Positions 1 through 13,807 of a DNA stretch of 64,000 bases are shown here, piece by piece. The stretch is taken from positions 55,988,001-56,052,000 of the forward strand of contig OZ076409.1 in the NCBI GenBank assembly GCA_964187785.1, written 5' to 3'. How positions within the stretch are numbered: position 1 is the first letter of the stretch; each line of letters starts with the position of its first letter. The notes beneath the pieces were generated by a model. That model was not told the origin of the DNA. It made no database searches and saw only the letters and a program-made list of their open reading frames with translations. Origin of the DNA: Amphiscolops sp. MND2022 (lineage: Eukaryota). Made by a program: the position numbers and the translations under genes.

Positions 1-60
1 GAGCAACTGAAAGTGCAGCAGAATTCTACAAAACCCAAAAATTTCCAATTTTTTAAATAT

Positions 61-366
61 TTTGGACAGACTTGGTAAATCGGAATGTTTAAAAGGGTCA
101 GCAAGGAAAAGGTTGGTTGTCCAGAAGTCTTTTATGAAGAGTTAATTGCAGTTTTCTGAATGAAAATTGTCTCAAATTGACACCTAATGGCAAAAATCCC
201 AAAATTTTACAAATTTCAAAGTTTTTATGCATTATTTCCTCACATTTTCGACAGACTCCGTGGATTGGAATGTTGAAAATGGTCAACAAGGAAAGCATGT
301 GTTGTCCAGTATGCTTAGTGAAGAGAGAAATGCAGTTTTTCGAATGAAAATTGTCTGGAATTGACG
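61..366. repeat. Diverged tandem repeat, 2 copies of a ~120-bp core at ~184-bp period
   Basis: 61-181 (ggacagacttgg...gcagttttctgaatgaaaattgtctcaaattgac) aligns by eye with 245-366 (cgacagactccg...gcagtttttcgaatgaaaattgtctggaattgac). Confidence 0.6.
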
Positions 367-1110
367 TCAAAAAAACTTTTCCCGATTTTCACCACTTTTC
401 GATTTTTAACGAACTATCGATAGAATTCGTGGACTAGAATGTTAAAACTTCTTTTCTTCGAACTGTGTTTTTTATGGTATTTTTTGGGTATTCTTGAGCC
501 TCAAATCTATGTAGTTGTAGAACATTTTGGGGCGGAAAATATTTCGCTGCTCAGTGGGCGTCTTGTTTTAGTCTTGCCTGCGCTATGCATAATTTACAAA
601 AAACTTTCATTCAACTTCGATCTCCTATTCAGATCGACGACACCAAAAAAGCATCGCCAAGGACTTCATCAAGACCATGAAAGGTGGAAAATGAATTAGG
701 AGTATGATAACCTTGGGGAAAAAGATCACTTGCAAAGCAGCCAGCGAAATTGGCTCAGCGAATTTTCAAAAGCTGTAATATCCTGACATTTCGAATTTTG
801 GAAATTTCGATGGGTTACTACTTTTTCTCAACAAACTACCACCACGAGAGACAAATTTTCAACTGTATTGGTGTAGGTGAAACGACCAGTAAGAGTTGGA
901 TACTTTTTGTTACCAAGATATCTAAAATATCCGACCAATAAGATAATTGCAAGTTTCAGTCGCCGCTTTCGCTTTTGGCACTTAATCGGATTTTATGTCG
1001 CTTTCGCTTCTTTTGCACATTCGTTTACAAGCGACCTCATCTACTGGCCAATAGAGTTATAAGCGTCAAAAAACCCTCAAAGATCAAAACATTGGATCAA
1101 GCTGTCCCAA

Positions 1111-1468
1111 CTGGTGTCAAGACATTCGATCCTATGCATATTCAACCGTTGCAATTTAAACCGCTCACTATTTCAACCTATTGCATTTTCAACCCTTCAC
1201 AGTTTCGACCTAAACTAATTTTGGCTAACGATCCTAATTTTCTAAAGCGGTTTTCATTTCATACATTTCTAAATTCAGATATGCTAATTTCTACGCCAGT
1301 TTCGATACGTTTTGGCTTCATGAACAATTACCATTAATTAAGGCTGTTTGATTCATTAATAACTATTGTTCTAAAATAATAACTCAACCGAATTAGGACT
1401 AATAATCCAAAATTAGATTAGGTCGAAATTGAATAGGATGAAATTGCATAGAACGAAATGTCATGTAA
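1111..1468. mobile_element. MULE-like MITE with imperfect TIRs and 9-bp flanking direct repeat
   Basis: ctgtcccaa at 1102-1110 and 1469-1477. Left gacattcgatcctatgca...tttcgacctaaactaattttgg is the inverse of right ccaaaattagattaggtcgaaa...tgcatagaacgaaatgtc. Short tttcaacc subrepeats. Confidence 0.6.
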
Positions 1469-1603
1469 CTGTCCCAATGATTTGTTCAACTACTTTTTAA
1501 AGCCAAAAACCCTCAATTCTGGATTTAACGAATATTGAATAACCACTTGTGATTCCTTTTTCTCTGCAACAATGTAAGTGTTAATTACGACACTACGTCT
1601 GTA

Positions 1604-2055
1604 CAGTAGCGTTCTAAAATATCGCAACCTCATTGCATAAAAGGACAAATTTCAAAATCAAATATTCCGTAAACTGTCAAGATTACAGAAATTTGTCAAC
1701 TAGGAATGTTTCTCAGAATTTTATCTAGTTTATAAAAACGTTTGTTTGAAATTTCTGTGACAAAAATTACAAAAGTTAGAAATTGTAAATTTTGACAAAA
1801 TTTCATCAAACTTGCACTTTTTCTCGATTTTCACAAAGTTGAAAAAATATCTTTGGAAAAGTTTCAGTCAATCATTCGCCCCCAAATCTCCTGAGGATGC
1901 TGATATGATTTGATCGAGAAACTTCTTGTAAACTAGATAAAATTCTAAGAAACTTTCCTAGCTGACAATTTTTTGTATGTGACAGTTTTCAAGATATTTG
2001 GATTTGAAGTCTGCAATTTTAAGCAATGGAGTTGCGATATTTTAGAACGCTACTG
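1604..2055. mobile_element. Tc1/mariner-type MITE, ~135-bp TIRs, TA target duplication
   Basis: TA|CAGTAGCGTTCTAAAATATCGCAAC ... GTTGCGATATTTTAGAACGCTACTG|TA; inverted similarity continues about 135 bp inwards. Confidence 0.85.
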
Positions 2056-2902
2056 TAATGGAATACCAGTGACTGACGTTTCTCGAGTCTTATAAAACAG
2101 GACAGAAAAAATCCTATATTTATCAAGCATATTGAAGCATTCATTGAATATTCAACAGATAAATTCAATCATTTTTAAAATGATCAAAATGTCAAAACAA
2201 GTAAGAGCAAAATATGTCAAAATCAAAATAACGTTGAAAATGTAAATAAAACTAAAAAGCTGGTAGCCAGATGAGTTTTAAACTTTTTAAAATACTAAAT
2301 ACAGAAGCAATTCTGTATGGTCTTCTATATCATATACTATGAAAAAAAGAACACGTGAATTCCCATTGAGATGTTGTATAAAAACATAAAAAGAGGATAT
2401 GTGTTGGTTGATAAAAAAATAGTTGTGGATAAAATATGGGTAATAACAAAAATTAAGTAAGGCCGAAGCCTAATACATAACCTAACAGTTTGTTCTCACT
2501 AATTTTCAATGAAACGGAAAGTATGTATGGTATCAAATATCATTTTGATACCATGCAATGTAAAAATTGGTCCGAACGAAGACTGCTAGATTTACTCCAA
2601 TAATATATTTGAAGTATGGAAGGAATCATTTTACTAGTTAGTGTTTTATGGTTTCGACAAATTGTTACGTTGACAGATGACGGGCCATATCGTTGCAAAA
2701 GTTGGCCGACTTTTTAAATTTCCGACTGAAGACTGGTATAACAACAGTCAGTACAGTATACTGACTGCTATTCCAATCTTTGTTGGGAAAATGATGTCCT
2801 TAAATTGGTCTCTTTTGTACATTTGCTACTCTCAAGCTACTGATGTCATGCTACCCCGAAATTTTGTCATCGAAGCTACGGTTTCAGGAGAATCACCTCA
2901 GG

Positions 2903-3386
2903 AAAATAGGCCCCTCCGGGGCTCAGTACTATTTCTGCTTTAATCTTTATTTTTTTAAAACAAAAAATCATTAATAAAAGAATCATATCTGGAATACCAA
3001 TACACTCCTGTTTAATCATTACTTAGAGCACAATTAATCACTGTACAAGTTTACACCGCCTTTAATTCTTCTCGGACTAAAGAAAATATAACTAAGCGTA
3101 GACGAAGTTTCGCATTCGCATTTGAATGCAGGCGAAGCTCTCAACGAACGAATAATTAACACTCATTCGCTTCATCTCAATGACGTCAGCATACGAATGG
3201 ATAATTACCACTCGCTCGTTCTATCGTACTAGAATTGAATTGTTGTCGGCAGCTTTCCCACGCTTACACTCACTGCCGAACAAAATATCTGAATTATTCA
3301 GTAGGACGAAATTTGACGACTGAAAAAAAAAAAGGACCAACTTTGAGGTTACAATAACATTCCTGCTAAAGCAGAAATATTAAAAA
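2903..3386 (-). mobile_element. Non-autonomous Helentron-like element, family C (full copy)
   Basis: Subterminal inverted repeat tatttctgcttta (2930-2942) / taaagcagaaata (3367-3379); GC hairpin gcccc-tcc-ggggc (2910-2922) just outside the 3' sub-TIR; T-run ends; no TSD. Partial copies at 16715-16886 and 36760-37161. Confidence 0.7.
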
Positions 3387-3580
3387 CTGATGTCACTTCA
3401 TGACCATATCTTGAGACATGAGCTCGGATAAAGTTATGACCAGCGGAAGATATTCGTTTTTAGAACATTTCGGAATTGGACTTAAAATGTGCTATCATCA
3501 CTCAGTTCTGATCATTTTACAATTATTGAGTTCTGCTCTTAAACCGCGAAGTGTCATCAACTCAGGTGGCACAAACTAAC

Positions 3581-6500
3581 AGAATCAGAAGGCAAGCTGA
3601 CACAGAAGGGCCACACAATTCTTTCATTAATGGCTGCAGACATTTTGTAAGGAGGCGCCGGGCATCTCACTTCCAATCCGGGAATTTCAATTTTCTCAAT
3701 GTTGCTTTCCACCTAGAAAAAAAATCGCAACATCAAATAACTTTCTTCCTCCAGATTGCAAACCATTCTCCTCAAGGCATAAATTTAAAAAATTAACATC
3801 CAAAAACGAAGTGAAACCTACAAAACTTCAGTTTTTTTAATCCCAAAGAAAGGTTTCTACTCTCACCACTTCAGTTTTGTATTTAGCGTCGTCGTAGTTT
3901 TCATTGAGCTGTTCCAGAAACTTTTTGTTCTCAGACAATCGATCCAAATCCCTTTTGGCTTTTCTAAACTCGACCCGTTCCTTCCATTCGTTTAGCATAT
4001 CTTCGCCATGGGCATCCAGACATTGGTCAGTGGCATTGGGACGTTCAGAAGGACACACACCAACTTCGTTTCTAAACATATATTTGAACACCGTCGTTTC
4101 TCTGTGCTACAATAACACTTTTTCTGCAAAGCAGTGATGGAGTAATATCCCAGATAGCATGCCAGCAATAACCTTGAATGAACAAATATTTAAGAATCAG
4201 CAAGCGAATGGATTGGTTCCCTGCTCAAATTGAAACAGCTAAATGATTCTGAGAGGAAAAATGCACTTTTACCATATGTTCTTAGTACTTCATTTTCAAC
4301 GCATCCATAGCCTCTAACATGAGATAAAAAGCCATTCCAAAGCAGAAGGGTCCACTTTTTTCGACACTATGAGACTTTACCCTTTTTTCGGCACTGTGAG
4401 ACTGTTCAAATTTCTCATTTTTTCCGTATTTTTTTATTATCAATTTTTGACATTTTGCAACAGAATGGATGATCAAAAAATCCCAAAGGGTCCCCCCTTT
4501 CACATTTTTTGGCACTATGCGACTTACCGGAAACTTCAAGAAACTCAATTTTAAGTTTTTTGAGAGCTTTTGTTGTCTCCAGTTGTAGAAAAAGTGGTTT
4601 TCGAGTCTTTTTGAGCTTTAGATATGGCGCGACTTGGGCAGTTCCCGGCTTGTTACTCTTTAGCAGAAGGTGCCGTGAACTTCGATGCAACATGCATATC
4701 AGTTTTTTAGTCGGCGCATTTTAACAATCAGCCCGACTATTACAGTGGCAAGTTTTTTTTCTTTTTTTTTCATCAGACAACAATGTATGCGTCGTGGACA
4801 CTTTTTCTACAGAACTACTAAACTACTGGACCGGCAAGCGAAAACGGATCTAAGTTAGTGCAAAGGGTCCCCCCTTTCGTGAACTAATTTTTAACGAAAG
4901 ATACAGAGCCGGACAGGACTACAGGGTAATCCCTTTGAATTTTTTTCGGCACTGTGCGACTTTTTTTTCGATTTTTTGTCGCGAAAGGGTCCCCCTTCCA
5001 GTTTTTTGATATTTTACAACAAATTGAAGTATCAAAAAGCCCAAAGGGTCTCCCCTTTCTAGTTTTTCGGCACTATGAGACTGTTTCAAAATTATCATTT
5101 TTCGTTTTTTTTCAAAAAATTTTTCAAAAAATTTCAATTTTCTTAAATGCCTCCAAAGGGTCTCCTTCAATTTTTCTGATGTTTTGCAACAAACTGGATT
5201 TTCAAAAAATCAAAAAGGCCCCCCTTTTACAAAAGATCTAAGTTTAGTTTGCAATAAAGAACAAAACAGCTCTCTACTAACACTTCACATAATTTGAGTT
5301 TGCTAGCATCTAAGTAAGTGGGCGGAGGGGGATATTTCCAAGAACGCCCAGAATCCCACTTTTCCATCTCCTTGTGTCTTTTAGTCTTCTTATGCGTGTC
5401 CAGTTCATTTTCCGACTTCAAGTGTTTGTTGCAATAGCGACAGTAATATATTGATACAACGTTTGCTTTCTTCTGAAATGGAAAAGCAAAACCATTGAAA
5501 ACATATGAGCATTTCAAAGTTACGCTTAGAGCAGTTTATTCGTATGAAATGAACTTTCAGCGACATACGACTTGAAGACGAACCGAAATCGGCGCTCGCT
5601 TAAACAGTCAATTGCGAAGCTTGGGCTGTAAAAAAGTACGCGTATCTTCATCTGGCAAAAAAAACGATTACTGGTGACATCCGGTAAAAATATGAAAAAT
5701 GATTCAATTGGCAATAATATTAGCCGTTTATACATATTAGTGTTTTTCATGTAACGACTGTTCTTTATCAATGAATACAAATCACAATATGATGAACTTT
5801 CCGGTGGAATATCAACGGCAAGTCATTTTTAGTCGGCGCTTTTGAAGTACAAAAAGTGCCAGACTCTTACAAAGGCAAGTTTCTTGTCGATGGTCACTTT
5901 ATTGTTCAACTTCTTCAGTGACTTGAATCGTCGTGATGCGAAAAAAGCTACCGCAAATCAATGTTACAAAAGTGAACTAACAAATAAAGGATTGAGGGGA
6001 GGATTATATGTGCTCTGACTCTGTTGGTGCCATGTTTTAATTCGGCGAGTAGGAGCTACAGCAGCCCTGTGTGTCTCATTGTTTCCATACTCTGGAGGTT
6101 GTCTACCTCCAACTATGCCATTTGGGGTCTGTCTTTTTACGTCTCCATCATAATAGGTAGTCATTGGTTGTTGCATTTTGGGTTTCATGACGTTGATGTA
6201 ATAACTGATTAGACGTTTCCCTTAACAATTCACCAGTTCTAATCACCACCAAAAGAGTATTTCATTTCGAAAAAAAAACAATATTCAACTCCAAGCAGAT
6301 TTCTTTAAATTAAAAAAATCGGAAACCCAAGAACTTCCCGTAAAGCATTCAATTTTTGAAATTTGCAAAGGAGCTAATTAAAGAAGCAACGTTAAAAAAT
6401 GGGGACAATAGTCATTTTTGATAAGTGACCAATACTTTCTAGAAGCAACAAAAGACTCATACTCACAATTATTTTTTAGCATAATATTCCACACTGTCCG

Positions 6501-9500
6501 CTCTTCCATTGAATGAGGGAACATGCAGCTACTTTGCCCTGATAAAGCTTTACATGCATAGCCGAACTTGCACATTGAAATTTCTCTGTCGAATTTGAAA
6601 TACACGCCAATACTCTCGGGTTCCTTCATGAATTGGTAAGACCTGGAGACGGAATTGTAATAGACAAAGCCATCATCTGGATGCACTGCATCAGAGCATG
6701 CTTTAAATGATTCGTTCCCGGACATCTTGTACTGTGAGAAAGAACCCCGGGAACATGGGTAAATTTCCGGCAGGTTGGAGTCCAAGATCTGGTTAGATGG
6801 GGTATTGAGAGTATCTCCGTGGCTACCTGAGTTCCCTTCAAACAGAAAGCCCAGTTAGAAAGCAAACTCATTCTATCATCATGTTACACCAACTGACCCG
6901 ACAAGTGAGATTATATAACATCATAAAGGCAACTTCATCAGAATAGGAACTATTCCTTAAAAAGACCACCCACCGTTTGTGGATACAGGATAAACGACAG
7001 AACAATGCAAGGAAAGCACATCATTAGGTAATGCCAGTTTTCAACAATAATTTCACTGATCTCCAGATAAATTTCATTACACTTATAACTGTCCTTAAAT
7101 GCGAGCCTTATTCGAGGCTGTTTGAGGATTAGTATTAAAGCCTATTTGATTTCAAGAACTAGTTTTCATCAATGATAAGTTTGTTTCTGGCAAATATGGT
7201 TTTGAATTTGTTTAAAAAGTCAAGATTTGCGTTCGAAAATCATCCAGTGAAGGTGTTTGTGATACATTTAATGAACAAAAATTGAACATATTTAAATGTT
7301 CGCTGTAACTTAACCTTTATAGTCCGCGTTGGAAACATTCGAGGGCGATAAAGTCCTTGATGAATTGTTTGACGGAGGTCTACGGATTCTAGTAGCAGTA
7401 ACCCTTGCCCCCTGAGAAGGGGATGTAGAACTATAATGTTGCTGCAATGATGACGACGTCTGGTAGGAAGAAGGGCTATTACCATGGGCCGCGGGGGACT
7501 CGCGGGGCCGATTAGCATTAGCCAGAGAGAAATAATCAACTTTTTCTCTGACACAGAAGTTCCATACCTCTAACTCCACTTCAGAGTGAGGGAAAGTGCA
7601 AAACCTTTTGGCACATTTTTGAGTCCTTGGGTCCAAGGGAGCGCGACATAACTGAAAAGAACTACCTCCCGATAATGATTCATCAGGAGGCTCTCGAATC
7701 AACTTGAGCAACTTTGTTCCTGTCAAATTGAAAAGAGCTAGCATGAAACAGTCCGGAAATTGATGTTTTTTCATACACCAATCATTATCATCCACGCGTT
7801 CCCGAACTTTATTTTCTGCATTATAGCACAAAAGGCAAATATAAGTTAAATGTCCTGGATTTGCTCGGAGAAGATTGGTGATAAATTCCTGCTTACTGTC
7901 TGGGACCCTTCTAGGAGGCATTGCATGTTGTTGTTGATAAGGCTGGTGCTGGGGCATTTGCTGATACTGAGGCACCGGCTTAGACGGTTGTTGCGGCATC
8001 GGTTGTTGCGGCTGCTGATGCTGTGGCATCTGTTGATAATGAGATTCATTTTGGGTTTGGTTTTGGGGCTGTTTTTGGGCCTGGGGTTGCCTCTGGGTTC
8101 TAGGAAACATATAATCGGATAAAGTAGTGGAAGGACGACTGCCTGTTTCTCCATTGACCACACTCCCAGATCGGCTCTTAGGAGGGACACCTTTTAGCTC
8201 ATCAATTACGTCCTCTCTGAAAATTCTATTCTTTTGCTCCGCTGTCCAAAATGCTCTCTCCACTTCCGAATGGGCAAATGTACATGTGCCTATGAAATAG
8301 AAGTCCAGATGAAAGAAACGGTCATTACAAAACGTAAAAACTTTAAAAGACTAACAAGTGAATATTTTTTCGAGCTGCAAAAACACGTTTTTGATGCCAA
8401 TTTCAAGGCAGTTTTGAACATTGAATTGAATTTCGCTAATTTGTACAATCTTGTGATGCATGTACATTTTTAACTGAAACTAATGATGAAAATCGAAACC
8501 CAAGTATCTAGCGCTAAAATTCTCAAATTTGAGTATTCCAGAAACTGCTTCGACCATTCAAAAGAAATGAAACATTTATAACAAACCTTTCCTAATAACG
8601 TGAGGACACACTGCACGTCCGATCGTGTTGCATACTAATGGTTTTGCGGAAATTCCAGGAAAGGGTCGTATTTGGAAGACTTGGTTGGAGCCAATTTTAA
8701 GACCTACCAACTTGTTCTTCAGACACGTATGATTTACTTCTATCAAATTGCATTGGGTGTAAGATTGTTGCTTCTGCTTAGACGATACATTACTACAGCA
8801 TAGATCACATTTGATCATGAGTTTGAACTCGGCCTGAAAGTCAGCAGGTACGCTGGACATCCGGGAGGTACTCATGTTGGGTGTTAAGAAATCCTGAAAA
8901 AAACTCCGAAAATGGAAGGTACCTCAAAACGTTGAACAGTTAATTAAGAACGCTTGAAATAGCCCAAAAAATCAGCCTTACAGTATACTTTTTATCAGCG
9001 ACAGATGTTATTTCAAAGCCAAATTCAAGACATATTTTTAGTCGGCGCATTTTATCAAAATGAGCCCGACTATCACTGGCAAGTTTTTTCTTTCTTTTTT
9101 TTTCTCGTCAGACCACAGAATGTATGCGTAGTGGACACTTTTTCTACAGAACTACTAAACTACTGGACCAGCAAGCGGAAACGCATCTAAGTTAGTGCAA
9201 AGGGTCCCCCTTGCGGGTACTCAATTTTTAACGAAAGATACAAAACCGGACGGGACTACAGGGTTGAATTTTTGAATTGACTACAACCTTTGAATTTTTT
9301 TCAGCACTGTGCGACTTTTTTGAATTTTTTGTCGCCAAAGGGTCCCCCTTCAAGTTTTTTGATATTTTGCAGCAAACTGGATTTGAAAAAGTTTAAAGCC
9401 CCCCCCCCCTTTTACAATTTCAAAAACTTGGCGTCTTTTGAGCCTTAGATATAGCGCCGACTTTAGACATTCCCGTCTTGTTTCAGAAACCCTTGCTTAC

Positions 9501-11305
9501 AAGTAGAAATTTAAGATAATTGATGTACGTTTTTAAAAATCAGTTTCAACGAAACCACAATTCTGTGGGATTTAGAGAGCTCATTTGAAAAGTTTCAGAA
9601 CTAGCCCATGGGAAGTTTTTGAAAGCTTCCCACCTGATGTTTTCGTTAACAGTTGAAAACCTTAGTTGAATTTCACTAACACCAACTCCTTTGGTTATAC
9701 AACAACTTGACACGAACTATAAACGGTCATAGTTCAGTCTCTGTTGAAGCTTTCCAAAATATATTAATCTTCAGTGAGAAGGTCAAAGAACAAAAGAAAA
9801 AAAACGGGAACGACATATTTCGGCGCCCGCTTGGACCTCAACAGCGCATAAAAATTACTGAAAAATTTGCAAAAGTCTAAGTTCCAAGTTGTTTTGCTTT
9901 TTTCAAAAAATCGACTGAAAAACATCTAAGGTACATGGTCAAAAAACCCCGGGGAAAAAATTCCCAGGAAGGACCCTTTGAGCTCGAAAAACATCTTTCT
10001 TCAAGTCAAATCATGAACTCAAAGAGCAGATCCTTTGAAGCAATAATAAATTTTCAAGTCGCACAGCGCAGAAAAATGTTTAGATGAGCTAAAACACTTT
10101 ATAAAAAACTCACTGCTGGAAAATAAACAAAAGGGACTTTTTCGGTGCAAAAATGCTTTTCCTTTAGTAAAAAAAATGGAACAAGCCGGGACCGACCCAA
10201 GTCGGCGCCATATCTAAGGCTCAGAAATAGCAAAAGGACTTCAAAATGTCAAAGTATTGATGAATTGGGGAACCTTTTATGAGAAAAAAATTTTGAAAAA
10301 ATGCTCGAAAGATGCCACCCTTAAGGCTTAGAAAACGGTTTCCTCAACAGAAAACCTCAAAATCCAAAAACTGAGTGGAAAAAAAAAAACGTCTTTGAAG
10401 AGTCGCATAAAGCCGAAAACATAAATGATCAAAACATAAAACTGAGTAATAAAGTGGAAATTTGGTAGAATTTGGAAAAAAAAACGCTACAACGGTGATT
10501 TTCCCCTACAAAATAAATTGTGGGGGCGGAAAATGACCGATTTCCACATGTAATATCTGAAATAATTTGGGTTATATATCGGAAACAATATGATTCAATT
10601 AGAAAAGTTTTCCATATTCTCTCTCAAATATTTCTTCAATATTTTAGGGAATGGCAAGTTGTGCCAAAATGATGCTTAGAAAATGGGTCCATCAGAAGTG
10701 AAATCATGACGACCTAACTATCCTCAGTTCAGATATAGTACTTCAAACAAGGAGTTTTTCGATTTTTGTAAGATTGTTTGATTGAAAAACATTCTTACTT
10801 CTCTGTTGAATTTATTGTTCAGTTCCAAAGTCCAAAAGTACTGCTCAATTTTAGAGTGCCATTTGGTGCAGGTGGAGCCTGGCTTGAGATATTTACAGCG
10901 AACATTCATGGCCAAGCTGGGACATTGCTGCATGGAGCGTTGAGCAGGGCCAATGTAAAAATAAAAACCAGAAGACCTGCCCTTCCCCTTCAAAAAAGTG
11001 CAAATTAGGACATCTTTGGAGCATGCATGTTCGGCAGCACCAACATAATAGAGTTCCAAAGATACATGGGCACTTTTGAAGGCAATACAATCCCAGCACA
11101 CAACTTTAAAGTTGTAATTCTCCATGACAGACAAAGAATCAAACGATGAATTCAAAGAGTTATTGTCCTGATGATCTAAGTAATGACTATAATCGAAGTA
11201 ATAATCAGAGTAATCCCAGGCCATTTTCTCAGCGTCTGACTGATGCGGTTGAAACTCAAGGTAACATTTAGTTTTGTAGTCGAGAGAGCTATTGATGAAC
11301 TCCAT
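3581..11305 (-). CDS. Multi-exon ZC3H7/HELZ2-like zinc-finger protein, 5' portion (~980 aa; repeated CCCH-type modules plus a matrin-type C2H2 finger)
   Basis: Phase-consistent GT-AG exons: 11305-10799, 8893-8587, 8289-7315, 6835-6436, 6204-5982, 5472-5282, 4071-3867, 3712-3581 (2940 nt, open). Motifs CTKWHSKIEQYFW, CTFAHSEVERAFW, CTFPHSEVELEVW, CMFPHSMEERTVW, YCRYCNKHLKSENELDTHKKTKRH, WKYPPPP..LC, CLDAHGEDMLNEWKER, then PGLEVRC...WPFCV as in the HELZ2 N-terminus. Last exon ends in a GTTAGT donor; later exons not resolved. The exon 4 donor (GTATTG) is the weakest junction. Confidence 0.8.
4345..4654 (+). mobile_element. HINE family A, 3' portion
   Basis: Internal gggtccccc / cggcactgtgagact modules; ends ggcgcgacttgggcagttcccggcttgtt. 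Confidence 0.7.
4703..5230 (+). mobile_element. HINE family A, 5' portion
   Basis: Starts ttttttagtcggcgc...gcccgactattacagtg; strongly similar to 9035-9420. Confidence 0.75.
9035..9483 (+). mobile_element. HINE family A (non-autonomous Helentron/DINE-1-like), full copy in intron 1
   Basis: 5' TTTTTAGTCGGCGC plus partial inverse gagcccgact; 3' GCGCCGACT plus small hairpin plus cttgttt; no TSD. Confidence 0.8.
9802..10480 (-). mobile_element. Two adjacent HINE family A 3' fragments
   Basis: aaacgggaacgacatatttcggcgc (~9802) and aacaagccgggaccgacccaagtcggcgccatatctaaggctc (~10180). Confidence 0.65.
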
Positions 11306-13669
11306 AGTCACAACAGAAATCTATTATCCAAAGCAAGTAAAAGAACGCAAATTATCAAGAATGATTCGATGGAAGAATCCAAATCCAACTAACTCACGAA
11401 AGCAACTTTCAATTTCCTATTTGAAGCCAACGGAGCTGAACTTTGAAAAACTTGACTTAAGAAAATTCATTGAAAGAGGCTTCTAAGAACTCAAAATCTT
11501 AAAGAGTTTAAAGGAGTCTCAGGCAACTGATAGTTACCAGTGACTGACAGAAATTTTGTAATACTGCTTATATTTGTTAAGAGCTTCCTTTTGCTCGAAA
11601 TATCAATTGATTAATTTATGACTTCAGGTGCACAAATTTCCGAGACAGAACGAAAAAGTTGATAGTCGCGATTTGAAATTTTAAGGCGAAAAAAGTACTT
11701 CAAAGCGTCATGGAATCTTTTTGAAAAAAAATCTCAGCCTCACAATGCCGGAAAACCACAAGGGACTCCTTGGGCTTGAAAGGTCTTTTTTACTTGTTTG
11801 CTCACTGAAAACAAAGCGATACCCTGTTGTGAAGTAAAAAAAAACCCAAAAATTGCACAGTGCCGAAAAACCCAAAGGGAAGACTCTCTTCGGACTTGGA
11901 AATGTTTTTTTCTAACTGTAATAATCGAAGAAAAACCAAAGGGGGGCCTTTTTCAAAAATGAAATATTTCTCGAGAAAAATTTTCCCCAGCATACTAGGT
12001 AAAACGCAATTTACGTCGGATATATCGTCAAAAATTCGGATATAGCGTGCTGGAACATTTCAAGATTTTAAGATTTTGTAGAACTTTCGTAGAACTATTT
12101 TGGTGACTTTGAGAGGAAATTTTAAAAAATCGAAAACCGGCGAAAAGCCACTGAAATGAAAAGTCGCGTTTCAGTTTCAGTGAACCGCCGACTGAAAAAA
12201 GAATGAAGAGAAGGATAAAAAAGAATAAAACAAGCTCAGCTCTGCCTCCAAACAAAAACTATTCGCAATCATAAACTTTCAAACACAGCTTAAGGTCCCT
12301 AAGAGTAATAAATTAGTTGAGCACATAATCGCTCGCTTTGTGTGAATACGGGAAGACAGGACACGCAAGACAAATAATAGTTCCGCGCTCGTTTTGATTA
12401 AGACTGAACACGGATTAAGATACTGGTCCGAAAAAAGTTGGCTGTCCGCGTTACAATACTTCAGCTTACGAAAAAAGTAACATTCTACTAGGTGAACCAA
12501 AAAAACGGAACGCACAAAAATTTTTAGCTCTCGAAGTTTCAAGTATTTGTAAACAAACGTTTCATAGCAAATTTGAACGTTCTTGTGAATCATTCGAATA
12601 TGCAACTTCTTTTGAAGCAAAAGAATTTTCACACATGAAAAACAAGAACGAAATTACTGGTCGTGACTTCTAGACTTTTTGTGATGGTTCAAACCCTCCT
12701 TGGTTTAAAATGTGGTTACGTAACGAGCTTCTTTCTGGATGATTGACAGAATAGTTGAAAGATTTCTGTGTCTTGTTTACAAATAATACGACTTCGAAGA
12801 CGCAAATTATTGTACTCCTTTAAAGTTCACCTAGTACTCAAGGAAAAATTTTAAGCTTCCAAAATTCAAATATTTATTAACAAACATTTCAAAACAACTA
12901 CGCACGATATAATTCAACTTGCCAATCATTGAATTGACAACTTTTCTGCGATGCGAAACAACTTCGACAGATCAAAAGTGAGAACGAAAAGAGACCTTTT
13001 CTAGAACGAACGTCTAGACCCTTTCTGAAGAAGAGCCAGTGACATGCAGACCACGCGGCCGCGAACTTGCGCAATTCCTTGCGTTTTTTCATGCATTATT
13101 TTCTCGAAAATGGCATTGCGAAACCTAGCCACAGGCAGGAACAAGTTGGTAAAAAATGACCCGTTTCAAAAATCTCTTCAACGCAAAACAAACATGATTC
13201 TAGGGTCATAGAAAGTCCGATATCGGTCTCAAATCAGTACGAAGCAAAGTAATTGAAAAAAAACACGGAAGCCTGAAACCACTCGGGCCGAACATAATCC
13301 CAATAAAAGTCTTTAACATTGAACGAGTAAAAAGAAAAAAGTGAAAAGAGTCGGGTAACAACTCACGTCTGCTTCCATTCAAGGCTCAAAAAGCATTAAG
13401 GCTTCATTATGCTCGGGGCTGTTTATACGAAACTGTGAAAAATCTTAGTGCCGAAAACATTTTAGAAAAAAGGAATATAAAAAGGGGTTTTTTTGAGTTC
13501 TTTTCTTCTTCGCGTGTTTGCAAAATATCAAAGCATTCAAAAAGGACCCTTTTGTAACATGATAGAATTCTCAGAAACGTATTAAGAGAGAACCCTTTTG
13601 ACAGTTTTAGTTGAATAATAGACTAAAAATCTTTGAATGTTTTAGATTCGCTATTCAACGATACATAGC

Positions 13670-13807
13670 ACAGTGTGGAAATTCTTGGAATTTTTGACAA
13701 GAACCTTGCCTTTTGGTGAAAATCTTGATAAGAAGTTGCCAAGATTCTTATCAAGAGCATCAAGAATATGTACGATCTATCCAAGAGTTTCAAGATTGTT
13801 TGCACTG
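13670..13807. mobile_element. Small MITE-like element rich in caaga/tcttg repeats
   Basis: cagtgtggaaattcttgg ... ttcaagattgtttgcactg imperfect inverted ends. Confidence 0.4.

Noticed and set aside
430..3540. Further exons of the zinc-finger gene
   Set aside because: The phase-0 acceptors I tried hit stops quickly; no convincing exon found by hand.
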